Assembly: GCA_944320865.1 (NCBI GenBank)
Contig: CALUJC010000007.1
Span: 17,560 to 81,559 of the forward strand
Source: an uncultured Bacteroides sp.
GTDB lineage: Bacteria; Bacteroidota; Bacteroidia; Bacteroidales; Bacteroidaceae
Length of the DNA: 64,000 bases
Direction: 5' to 3'
Shown here: positions 1-8,640 of the stretch, one piece after another
Numbering within the stretch: position 1 is the first letter of the stretch
Layout of the letters: each line of letters opens with the position of its first letter
Position numbers and translations under genes: made by a program
The notes under the pieces: model-generated
Databases searched by the model: none
Seen by the model: the letters and a program-made list of their open reading frames with translations, nothing else
What the model was told of the DNA's origin: nothing

Positions 1-927
1 AACCTCCTCCCACCGGTAGACCAACAGGAGAAGGGTTATGCTTCGCAAGGCTCGGCTTACACGTTGCTTGGCAATGTTTATATTGTAAGAAAGCAATGGG
101 CGGAGGCGGAAGCTGCCCTGAAAAAAGTGACAGGTTATCAGCTTTTGGACGATTATGCCGCTATTTTCGACCCGGACAACAAGAACCATGCGGAGTCTAT
201 CTTCGAGATTCAATATTGGGATGACCAGGCCGCCGGCAAGCAAAGCGACTTTGCCTATAACTTCCTCCCGATACTTTCCAACCCGGGATTGGTGGAAGGT
301 TTTCCCGACGGAACTACCAATAACTATGCCGGGTGGAATATTCCTACACCGGAAATGATTGCTGCCTATGAGCCGGGAGACAAGCGCAAGGATGCTTCCA
401 TCGGCTACTTCACCGGCGACCCGGTTTACAACTATGTGGACTTCCCCTATGTGAAGAAGTATGTGCATGGAGCCACGTTGCCCGGTTATTGCAATGACGA
501 CTGGCCGGTGTACCGCTATGCCGAAGTGCTGTTGTTCTTGGCCGAGGCCATCAATGAGCAAGGTGGCGGCCGGACAGCCGAGGCTTTGGGCTACCTCAAT
601 CAGGTGCATGCCCATCCCCGTACAGGCTTGTCCCCATTGGCAGCTACCGACCAGGCTGAACTGCGCGAGCTGATTCAGCAGGAAAGGCGGGTAGAGTTGG
701 CTTTCGAGAATAAGCGTTGGCTTGACCTCGTGCGTACGGGCAAGGCTATTGAGGTGATGCGCGCCTTTGGCGAGCGCCTGAAGGCCGACCCCACAAAATA
801 TTACTACCCCGAGAATGTATTTCCGGCAGCTGAGGCGTTTGACGTTACCGAAGAACGTCTGCTGTTCCCCATCCCCGACCGGGAGATTCGCTTGAATCCT
901 TTTATGGAACAGAATCCGGGTTATTGA
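1..927 (+). CDS. SusD/RagB-family nutrient-binding outer-membrane lipoprotein, C-terminal part (5' end lies left of the window)
   Basis: Frame 1 is open from base 1 into listed ORF 64..927. SusD-like C-terminal motifs are present: YRYAEVLLFLAEA, ERRVELAFENKRWLDLVR, LLFPIPDREIRLNP. It is followed by glycoside hydrolases, as in a PUL. Confidence 0.85.
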   Translation, partial: NLLPPVDQQEKGYASQGSAYTLLGNVYIVRKQWAEAEAALKKVTGYQLLDDYAAIFDPDNKNHAESIFEIQYWDDQAAGKQSDFAYNFLPILSNPGLVEGFPDGTTNNYAGWNIPTPEMIAAYEPGDKRKDASIGYFTGDPVYNYVDFPYVKKYVHGATLPGYCNDDWPVYRYAEVLLFLAEAINEQGGGRTAEALGYLNQVHAHPRTGLSPLAATDQAELRELIQQERRVELAFENKRWLDLVRTGKAIEVMRAFGERLKADPTKYYYPENVFPAAEAFDVTEERLLFPIPDREIRLNPFMEQNPGY

Positions 928-944
928 TGGTTTTCAATAGGTAG

Positions 945-1001
945 GTATCAACCCGTCGCCGGATGTCTCCGGTGCATGGAGTAAAGGCGGCGGGTTGATA
1001 C
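945..1001 (+). terminator. Hairpin downstream of the SusD-like gene
   Basis: 16-bp stem gtatcaacccgtcgcc / ggcggcgggttgatac (one G:T pair) with an inner ccgga..tccgg hairpin. It starts 18 nt after the stop and is followed by tgttta. Confidence 0.5.
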
Positions 1002-1064
1002 TGTTTATAACTGCTTGATAAATGATTGATGTATAAAGGATTACTACTTTATTTTTTCTTTAAA

Positions 1065-1152
1065 AGGAATAAAGTGTTACTTTACTAGGAATAAAGCAGT
1101 ACTTTAGTAGGAGTAAAGTAACGCTTTATTAGGAGTAAAGTAAAATAAAGTA
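1065..1152. repeat. 4 x 22-bp AT-rich direct repeat
   Basis: Units start at 1065/1087/1109/1131: aggaataaagtgttactttact, aggaataaagcagtactttagt, aggagtaaagtaacgctttatt, aggagtaaagtaaaataaagta. Confidence 0.85.
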
Positions 1153-1194
1153 AGAACATTGACGGCGCTGATGCGCTTATAAGTTATCATAGAT

Positions 1195-4100
1195 ATGGAA
1201 CGACGGACATTCTTAAAAACCATGTCATCTGTCGGGTTGTTCAGCTTGTTCAGCCCGAGTTTCGCAATGGATATTTGCAAACCTCAAGGTAAGGCTGCGG
1301 CTTCTTCGTTTGAAGCAGGATTCCTTCATCCGCCTTTTTCATCCGGGGTATATACCTGGTGGCATTGGATGAATGGCAATATCACCAAAGATGGCATTAC
1401 ACGCGACCTCGAGGCGATGAAGGCCAATGGCGTAGCCGGTTACCAGCTTTTTGAAGCCGGGAGCGGCATACCCGTCGGCCCGGTAGAATCCCTCAGCGAT
1501 GAATGGGTGGAGCTTATCCTTCATGCCATCAGGGAGTCGGAACGGCTGGGGTTGGAATTTTGCATGCACAATTGCCCCGGCTGGTCGTCGAGCGGTGGTC
1601 CTTGGATTACGCCCGACAAGGCCATGCAGCTGGTCACGTGGAGCGAAACTTCCGTCAAGGGTGGTGGGAAAGTGCAAGTGCAGTTGCCCATGCCTCCGCA
1701 TAAATTCGATTATTATGCCGATACTTATTGCCTGGCCATTCCGGCCAATGTGGATGTGGTGCCGAGGAAGTCGGTGGTGGATATCAGCGCTTCCCTCCAG
1801 GCCGATGGCACGTTGTTGTGGGATGCCCCCGAGGGCGACTGGACGGTTTTGCGGTTTGGCCAGACCGCAAAAGACCAGATGAACCATTCTGCCCCGACAA
1901 AATCTACGGGATTGGACTGCGACAAGTTCAGCACCGAAGCCTTGGATTATCACCTCGATTGCATGTTCCGCAAACTGATGCCGGTTATGGAGAAGATGGC
2001 GCGCCATGCCAAAGTAGGCTTGCTGATAGATAGCTATGAGATGGGCGACCAGGATTGGACCCGGGACATGCCTGCTTATTTTGAACAGAAAGCCGGCTAT
2101 CCGTTATGGCCGTTCTTGCCGGTTTGGGCCGGGAAGACGGTGGATGATGAAGATGCTACCCAACGCTTCCGGTTTGATTTCAAACGTACCCAGGCCGACA
2201 TGTTTGCCGACCGTTATTATTCACATTTCCAGAAACGCTGCAAGGAAAAAGGGATTATTACCTATACCGAGCCTTACGGGGGCGGCATGATGGAAGAATT
2301 GCAGGTGGCTCAGCGGCTCGACATCAACATGGGCGAGTTCTGGTGCGGGCAAACGATGTTGTGGCCTAACTTCCTGCTTAACCGTACCGTCAAGCAAGTT
2401 GCATCCGTAGCCCATACGCTGGGAGGAAACATTGTAGGGGCAGAGGCCTTTACTTCGGAACCGGATTCGGACAAATGGTTGTTGTATCCCTATGCATTGA
2501 AGTCGTTGGGCGATTATATGTTCACTCGCGGACTGACCCGCATCTATTTCCACAGGTATGTGCACCAGCCCCATCCTACGGCTATGCCCGGCATGACGAT
2601 GGGGCCGTGGGGACTGCACTTCGACAGGACAAACACTTGGTGGAAACCGGGGAAGGCGTGGATAACCTATTTGAACCGTTGCCAATACGTCTTCCAGCAT
2701 TCAGCCTTTTATGCCGATATGCTTTATCATAGCGGGGACAACACATTTGGCACAACCATTGAGCCCGAACAAACCCCGTTGGCACCACCCGAAGGATATG
2801 ATTACGACATTGTAAACACGGAAATATTGGAGAAAGCCGTCATTAAGGACGGGAAGATAGTGCTGCCTGCCACGAAGTTTGGAGGTTATAAATTGCTGGT
2901 ATTCCCGGTTTCTGACGCTATCACGATGCCTACGCTCAGAGTGTTGGCCCGACTGGTCAGGGCAGGTATGGTGCTGGTGGCCCGAAAGCCGAAGTATGCA
3001 TTGGGTATGGAGGGCAAGAGGCAAGAAGGTGAATTCCGTATGCTGATAGATGAAATCTGGAGTTCCCCGCATGTCTATGAAGAAGGGCTTCCGGCTGTAT
3101 TGGAACAATTGGAACCCTCTCCCGACTTTTCTTTCCACTCTGTCGGCGGGGAAAATTCTATTCATGCGATACACTACCAGCAAGACGGAAAACATCTGTA
3201 TTTCGTGGCCAATCGTAAGCGTTGCCATGAACAGGGCGTAGCGTTTTTCCGGGTAAAAGGTTGTGTGCCCGAGTTGTGGAATCCCTATACGGGAGAGATA
3301 GTGGCTTGTCCCGTATTCCGGGAGACCGGACATGGCATAGAATTGCCGCTTGAACTCTCTCCTGCAGGCTCAATGTTCGTGGTATTTAAACCCTGTGCAC
3401 AAGCCGGCAGTTATTGGACGGATTTGAAGATTGGCGGGACATCGTTGTTTGAGCTGCCTTCAATGGAGGAGCAACACTGTCCGCACACCAATTTCAGCAT
3501 CGCATGCTGGATAAAACCGGAACTGGATATTGCACTTACCGACGAACAAGAGTTCGGCGCTTTGCGCACTCGTTGTTTTGCTTTGTATCCGGCAGATGGT
3601 GAAGCCTTGTATGGCCGGGGGCATAGTGTCATCGGGTTGTCTGTCGGGCGGAATGGTGTGGTTGTCTATGAGCGTAGCCATCAGGCTCTGGTCGCTTTCC
3701 GTAAGGCGATGCCTGTCAGTGGTTGGAACCATTTGGTGCTGGTTTGCCAAAACAATGTGCCGTCTGTTTGGCTTAACGGAATGTGCATCGGTACTGGAAA
3801 TGCTTCGCAAATGGTGGTACATGCCCAAGGGAAGAGTGATTGTTTTAGCAAGGCCGATGCATTTGACGGGGAAATTCAGTATTTGCATATTTATGACCAT
3901 GTTTTGAGTGAGTATGATATCAAGCAACTTGTTCGTGAGGACATATCGCGTCTGCCACTTTATCGTTTCCCGCCTGTTACTTGGCTGTCTGCCCGCCAGC
4001 TTGCTGTGTGGTCGGATGGTAGCTATGAATTGAGCAATGACGATACCGGTTTACGAAGAAAGGTAGACCGTCATGCAGCCGACTTGGTGCTTGACGGGAA

Positions 4101-4686
4101 GTGGGAGCTGCATTTTCCACCCAATTCCGGAGTACCGGAAACATTCAGTTTAAGTAAGTTGCATTCGCTTCATTTGGAGAAGGACTTTGGTGTCCGACAT
4201 TTTTCTGGAACCGTGAAGTATGTTTACTACTTACAGTTGGATGAGCGGTATATCAAGAAAGATTTGCGTTTGCGTCTGGATTTGGGGCGTGTGGCAGTGA
4301 TAGCAGAAGTATTTGTTGACAACAAACCCGCAGGTGTTTGCTGGGCACCTCCTTATGGCGTTGATGTTACCGGATTGCTGCACAAAGGAACCAATAAACT
4401 GGAAATACGGGTGACAAACTTGTGGGTCAATAGGCTGATAGGGGATGAATATCTGCCGGAAGAAAATTTGTATAACTACCAAGATATAGAAAATAAATTT
4501 GCTGCTCTGAATAACGGCGGCATAAAGGAACTTCCTGATTGGTATAAACAGGGTAGGGACAAGCCTTCAGGCGGACGGATAGCATTTGCTACCTGGCGGC
4601 ATTATGATAAGGAATCTCCTCTGACAGAGTCTGGCTTGATTGGGCCGGTAACCTTGCAGGTCGGGAAGGTGGAAACTTTGGGATAG
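1195..4686 (+). CDS. Large secreted glycoside hydrolase, GH106-like (putative alpha-L-rhamnosidase), with an internal LamG/concanavalin-like module and a C-terminal jelly-roll
   Basis: ATG start and signal peptide. N-terminal motif YTWWHWMNGNITKDGITRDLEAMKANGVAGYQLF and C-terminal motif FSGTVKY..LDLGRVAVIAEVFVDNKPAGVCWAPPYGVDVT..LEIRVTNLWVNRLIGD are typical of the GH106 'glycosylhydrolase-like jelly roll' family. The LamG-like stretch is FSIACWIKP...GWNHLVLV...FDGEIQYLHIYDHVLSEYDIKQL. Confidence 0.7.
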   Translation: MERRTFLKTMSSVGLFSLFSPSFAMDICKPQGKAAASSFEAGFLHPPFSSGVYTWWHWMNGNITKDGITRDLEAMKANGVAGYQLFEAGSGIPVGPVESLSDEWVELILHAIRESERLGLEFCMHNCPGWSSSGGPWITPDKAMQLVTWSETSVKGGGKVQVQLPMPPHKFDYYADTYCLAIPANVDVVPRKSVVDISASLQADGTLLWDAPEGDWTVLRFGQTAKDQMNHSAPTKSTGLDCDKFSTEALDYHLDCMFRKLMPVMEKMARHAKVGLLIDSYEMGDQDWTRDMPAYFEQKAGYPLWPFLPVWAGKTVDDEDATQRFRFDFKRTQADMFADRYYSHFQKRCKEKGIITYTEPYGGGMMEELQVAQRLDINMGEFWCGQTMLWPNFLLNRTVKQVASVAHTLGGNIVGAEAFTSEPDSDKWLLYPYALKSLGDYMFTRGLTRIYFHRYVHQPHPTAMPGMTMGPWGLHFDRTNTWWKPGKAWITYLNRCQYVFQHSAFYADMLYHSGDNTFGTTIEPEQTPLAPPEGYDYDIVNTEILEKAVIKDGKIVLPATKFGGYKLLVFPVSDAITMPTLRVLARLVRAGMVLVARKPKYALGMEGKRQEGEFRMLIDEIWSSPHVYEEGLPAVLEQLEPSPDFSFHSVGGENSIHAIHYQQDGKHLYFVANRKRCHEQGVAFFRVKGCVPELWNPYTGEIVACPVFRETGHGIELPLELSPAGSMFVVFKPCAQAGSYWTDLKIGGTSLFELPSMEEQHCPHTNFSIACWIKPELDIALTDEQEFGALRTRCFALYPADGEALYGRGHSVIGLSVGRNGVVVYERSHQALVAFRKAMPVSGWNHLVLVCQNNVPSVWLNGMCIGTGNASQMVVHAQGKSDCFSKADAFDGEIQYLHIYDHVLSEYDIKQLVREDISRLPLYRFPPVTWLSARQLAVWSDGSYELSNDDTGLRRKVDRHAADLVLDGKWELHFPPNSGVPETFSLSKLHSLHLEKDFGVRHFSGTVKYVYYLQLDERYIKKDLRLRLDLGRVAVIAEVFVDNKPAGVCWAPPYGVDVTGLLHKGTNKLEIRVTNLWVNRLIGDEYLPEENLYNYQDIENKFAALNNGGIKELPDWYKQGRDKPSGGRIAFATWRHYDKESPLTESGLIGPVTLQVGKVETLG

Positions 4687-4745
4687 AAATCATGTACTAA
4701 TGTTTAGGAGTTTTTTAGTGGTAATTCTTTAAATGTAATTGTCTT

Positions 4746-7700
4746 ATGGTAAAAACAATACAATTCCTGTCTTTTGTGGCATGCCTGTTGTTCACATCTC
4801 TGTCTGCCTACGCCCATACATCTGTAACTGACCTGCGCGTGCAGCATCTCACCGAGCCGTTGGCGGTGGAAGATGCCCATCCGTTGTTCAGCTGGAGAAT
4901 GGAGTCGGACGTGGCGGGACAGGAGCAAAAGGCTTATCGGCTGGCGGTGGTGCGCGAGTGTGACCAGCAGACAGTATGGGATAGCGGGCGAATGGAGTCG
5001 GGCTTGTCGGATAATATCCGTTATCTGGGTGTGGCTCTGCAGCCGAAGATGGGCTATACATGGCAGGTTACGGTGTGGGATGCGCAAGGCGGGATGCACG
5101 TGGCTTCTTCGCGCTTCGAGACGGGATTGATGAACCCCTCGCTGGCGGCATGGGAGGGGGCTACCTTCATCGGCTCCAAGGCACCGAGGCTTGACGCGGC
5201 TTCGCATTATTATTTTGAGATAAGTACCCGTTTCCGGATTGTGGAGGGCGATAAGATGTCGCTTGTGCTCGGCGCCAACGATTTCCGCCTGCGGGATGCT
5301 TTTCAGAACCCGGGAAATCTGGCCGGTGAGAACTATGTGCGGGTGGAGATTGACTTGTCCGGTGTAGGGACAAAGGAGGGTGCGGCCCTGAACATCTACC
5401 GGAAAGGGTATGCTGCCGACGACCGTGAAGATAAGCCGCTCATCAGCATATCTGCCAAGGACTACCCGGAGTGCAATATCAACCAATTATTGACGCTTGA
5501 GAATAAGCATGAAGAGCATACATTATCCATCGGAGTGGAGACCAGCAACATTCACTTCCTTATCGATGGGAAGGACTTGCGGACCACTCCCGGGCAGTAT
5601 CATGCCTTCTCGTCCGGCTTTGCCGTGGGGAATTCGTCGTTGAACAACAATAATGCCACCCGCTTCCCGATAGGCGTTTGGGGAACGACGCACGACTTTA
5701 ACACGTCGCCCAATCTGTGTTCGGTAGGCTTTGCAGCCTTGCCGGGATGTAAGGTGATTTATACGGATTACCGGATAAGGAATTGTGGCTATAGCCGGGA
5801 TAATGTGGTCTTTGATAATCGGCATTATGCCGTGTTCAGTGCGTTGCCCCACGTGAAGGTAGAAGGCAACCGCTTAGTGGTGGAAAACCCTTCGGCAGAC
5901 ATGGCTGTGGAGTATGCCGACCCTACGCACGGGGCACTTACCATGCTTCGCTCGGAGTTTGGCACGAAAGGGAAGATTCAGAAGGCCAAGGTCTATGCCA
6001 CGGCCATGGGTGCCTTCGAACTGTTCATCAATGGAGAGCGGGTGGGCAATGACTGGTTTGCGCCGGGCGATGACCAATATCGCGAGCTGCTGGGCTATCG
6101 TGCCTATGACGTCACCGGCTTGCTAAGGGAGGGCGACAACTGCGTGGCCGCCTTGCTGAATCCGGGTTGGTACACGGGGTATATGACCTTCATGACGGTA
6201 AACTTCAACTTCTTCGGCGACCATGAGGCGTTGTTGCTGAAGCTTGTCATCGACTATGAAGACGGTGGCAGGGAGGTCATTGTCACCAATCCGGAGACCT
6301 GGAAGGCATTCAATGACGGGCCGGTGCGCTATGGCAGCTTTTTCAACGGAGAGCGCTATGATGCACGCCGGGAAGCCGCTGTGGCAGGTTGGAAGGAATC
6401 CGGCTATGCCGATGGCCTGTGGAAACCTGCTGAAACGATTGAGCCTCGCGAATGGACAGCCTTTGCCATCCGTGCGCGTTACGATAATCCGGTGCAGGTG
6501 CGCGAGGTGCTGACGGCCACCCGCGTTACCCCCACTCATAGCGAGGATGGACATACCTACATCTACGACATGGGCGTCAACATGGTCGGGGTACCGTCGG
6601 TCACTATTCCTGCCGGGTGGCTGGAAGCAGGAGATACGGTTATCATGCGCTATGGCGAACAACTTTACCCGGGGCTTAAAGGAGATGATAGGGAGTATGT
6701 CCGCAAATTCGGCCAGCGGAAAAACTACATTGCCGGAAGGCCGTTGTACGAGACCTACCGGGCCGCGCTTGCCACAGACTTCTACATAGCCAAGGGCAGT
6801 GAGGCGGTAACCATTTGCCCGACCACCAGCTACCGGGGGTATCAGTACATACAGATTACCTTGCCCGGGCATGAAGGCGCGTTGCCTTTGGAGAACATTA
6901 AAGGGTTGGTATTATCGTCCGACGAACTGCCTGCGGGAACTTACCGGGCGGAGACTGCCGATGATAACTATACCGGCCGTTTAGCCAATCAACTCTTCAA
7001 GAACATACAGCGCAGCCAGCTGGGCAACTTCTTCACCATCCCCACCGATTGCCCGCAACGCAACGAGCGCATGGGCTGGACGGGCGACGCGCAAGCCTAT
7101 GTGCGTACGGCCACGTATAACTCGGACGTGCTGAACTTCTTCCGGCAATGGATGGCCATGCTGCGGGCTGACCAGGGTATAGGCAGCAAGACAGACGTGC
7201 CCGGCGGAGTGGGCAGCACCGTGCCTACCTACAACCAAGGGGACGATACCTCGTTTCCCGACGGGACCACGTGGGCGGCGGCCATCTGCATGGTGCCGTG
7301 GCAACTGTATAGCCAGTATGGCGACACGCAGGTCATCCGCGAGAACATGGAGGCCATGATGAACTGGCTGAACGGGATGGACTTTTATGACCTTAGTGAG
7401 GAATATCCGCACCTGTCGGCCAAGACTACGGGGCTGGGCGACTGGCTGGCCATGGACGAGCGCACGCCGGCCGACCTGGTGAACAACGCCATCTACATCT
7501 ATATGATGGAGGTGACGGCCCGCATGGCCGATGCCATTGGCGAGAAGGACTACGCCGATGTGCTGCGCCGCCGCCATGCGTTGGCCAAGGAAGAATGGAA
7601 CCAGCTTTACGTCAGTTCGGAGACGGGCAAGACGCGGACGGCCGAAGGAGTATTGATACACTCGCAGTCGTCCTATGCCACCCCGTTGCGCTTCAACTGC

Positions 7701-8414
7701 TTTGATGAGGCCAATCGCCCTAAGGCGGAAGCCTGGTTGGCCACGTTGGCAGCCAATCCTTCGGCCAGCGGAGAGGGGAAGGTGGAATATCCGCCCTACA
7801 CCATCACCACGGGCTTCTCGGGCACGCCTAACATACTGCCTGCCTTGAGCCGCAGCGGGCACAGGGAGGAGGCTTACCGCATGTTCACCTGCACGGACTT
7901 TACTTCGTGGCTTTACCCGGTGACCAAGGGGGCAACCTCCGTGTGGGAGCGGTGGAACGGCTACGAGGTGGCCTTCGGCAAGACGAACGAGAACCACATG
8001 AACTCGTTCAACCACTTTGCCCTCGGCTCCGTGGGGCAGTGGATGTATGAGTTCCAGCTGGGCATTACAAGCGATGAAGGCGGATACAAGCACTTCATCC
8101 TGCAGCCCGGTGCCGGCGGGAATTACACGAAACTGGAAGGCAGCTATGAATCCCGTTACGGCACCATCCGCAGCGCTTGGACGGCCGACGGGCAAGGCCG
8201 GATGCTGACCTATCGGGCCACCGTCCCCGCCAACACCACGGCCACGCTCTACCTGCCCCTCCACGGCGACGGGCAGCGTTGCGGCGAGAGCACCCACGCG
8301 CGCTTCTCGGGTCGGGAGGAACACTGCGGGCATCCATGTGCCCGCTACGAGCTGGCATCGGGCACCTACACCTTTATGCTTGCGGACGAAGGGATTACGG
8401 TGACTGAGGAGTAA
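4746..8414 (+). CDS. GH78 alpha-L-rhamnosidase
   Basis: Signal peptide present. Motifs FELFINGERVGNDWFAPG and the GH78 catalytic-domain hallmark PTDCPQRNERMGWTGDAQ. Length is 1222 aa. Confidence 0.9.
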   Translation: MVKTIQFLSFVACLLFTSLSAYAHTSVTDLRVQHLTEPLAVEDAHPLFSWRMESDVAGQEQKAYRLAVVRECDQQTVWDSGRMESGLSDNIRYLGVALQPKMGYTWQVTVWDAQGGMHVASSRFETGLMNPSLAAWEGATFIGSKAPRLDAASHYYFEISTRFRIVEGDKMSLVLGANDFRLRDAFQNPGNLAGENYVRVEIDLSGVGTKEGAALNIYRKGYAADDREDKPLISISAKDYPECNINQLLTLENKHEEHTLSIGVETSNIHFLIDGKDLRTTPGQYHAFSSGFAVGNSSLNNNNATRFPIGVWGTTHDFNTSPNLCSVGFAALPGCKVIYTDYRIRNCGYSRDNVVFDNRHYAVFSALPHVKVEGNRLVVENPSADMAVEYADPTHGALTMLRSEFGTKGKIQKAKVYATAMGAFELFINGERVGNDWFAPGDDQYRELLGYRAYDVTGLLREGDNCVAALLNPGWYTGYMTFMTVNFNFFGDHEALLLKLVIDYEDGGREVIVTNPETWKAFNDGPVRYGSFFNGERYDARREAAVAGWKESGYADGLWKPAETIEPREWTAFAIRARYDNPVQVREVLTATRVTPTHSEDGHTYIYDMGVNMVGVPSVTIPAGWLEAGDTVIMRYGEQLYPGLKGDDREYVRKFGQRKNYIAGRPLYETYRAALATDFYIAKGSEAVTICPTTSYRGYQYIQITLPGHEGALPLENIKGLVLSSDELPAGTYRAETADDNYTGRLANQLFKNIQRSQLGNFFTIPTDCPQRNERMGWTGDAQAYVRTATYNSDVLNFFRQWMAMLRADQGIGSKTDVPGGVGSTVPTYNQGDDTSFPDGTTWAAAICMVPWQLYSQYGDTQVIRENMEAMMNWLNGMDFYDLSEEYPHLSAKTTGLGDWLAMDERTPADLVNNAIYIYMMEVTARMADAIGEKDYADVLRRRHALAKEEWNQLYVSSETGKTRTAEGVLIHSQSSYATPLRFNCFDEANRPKAEAWLATLAANPSASGEGKVEYPPYTITTGFSGTPNILPALSRSGHREEAYRMFTCTDFTSWLYPVTKGATSVWERWNGYEVAFGKTNENHMNSFNHFALGSVGQWMYEFQLGITSDEGGYKHFILQPGAGGNYTKLEGSYESRYGTIRSAWTADGQGRMLTYRATVPANTTATLYLPLHGDGQRCGESTHARFSGREEHCGHPCARYELASGTYTFMLADEGITVTEE

Positions 8415-8419
8415 TGATT

Positions 8420-8447
8420 GGGGAGGCTCAGGCCTCCCCCTTTTTGT
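8420..8447 (+). terminator. Rho-independent terminator of the GH78 gene
   Basis: Stem ggggaggc, loop tcag, stem gcctcccc, followed by ctttttgtt. It starts 6 nt after the stop codon. Confidence 0.75.
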
Positions 8448-8470
8448 TCACCTATGTGTTCCCTTCGGAT

Positions 8471-8631
8471 ACCTCAAGACCTCAACCGTGGCGACCTCAA
8501 GACCTCACCTGCATCGAGCTCTTGACCTCAACCATGCCGAGCTCTTGACCTCGGCGACGTCGACCTCTAGAGGTCTCCGCCGGGTAGGTCTAGACCTCGT
8601 TTCGGGGTAGCTCTGCCCGTGGTTTGTGGAA
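8471..8631. repeat. 7 x 23-bp strictly phased degenerate tandem array with dyad-symmetric cores
   Basis: Unit starts are 8471, 8494, 8517, 8540, 8563, 8586 and 8609. Example units: acctcaagacctcaaccgtggcg, agctcttgacctcaaccatgccg, acctctagaggtctccgccgggt (contains the perfect palindrome gacctctagaggtc), aggtctagacctcgtttcggggt. Confidence 0.8.
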
Positions 8632-8640
8632 GGGTTTTGG

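Noticed and set aside
8471-8631. The tandem arrays (here and at 1065, 14084, 17092, 23216, 35213, 47990) as CRISPR arrays
   Set aside because: The units abut directly with no unique spacers, the period is only 22-24 bp, and no cas genes are present in the window.
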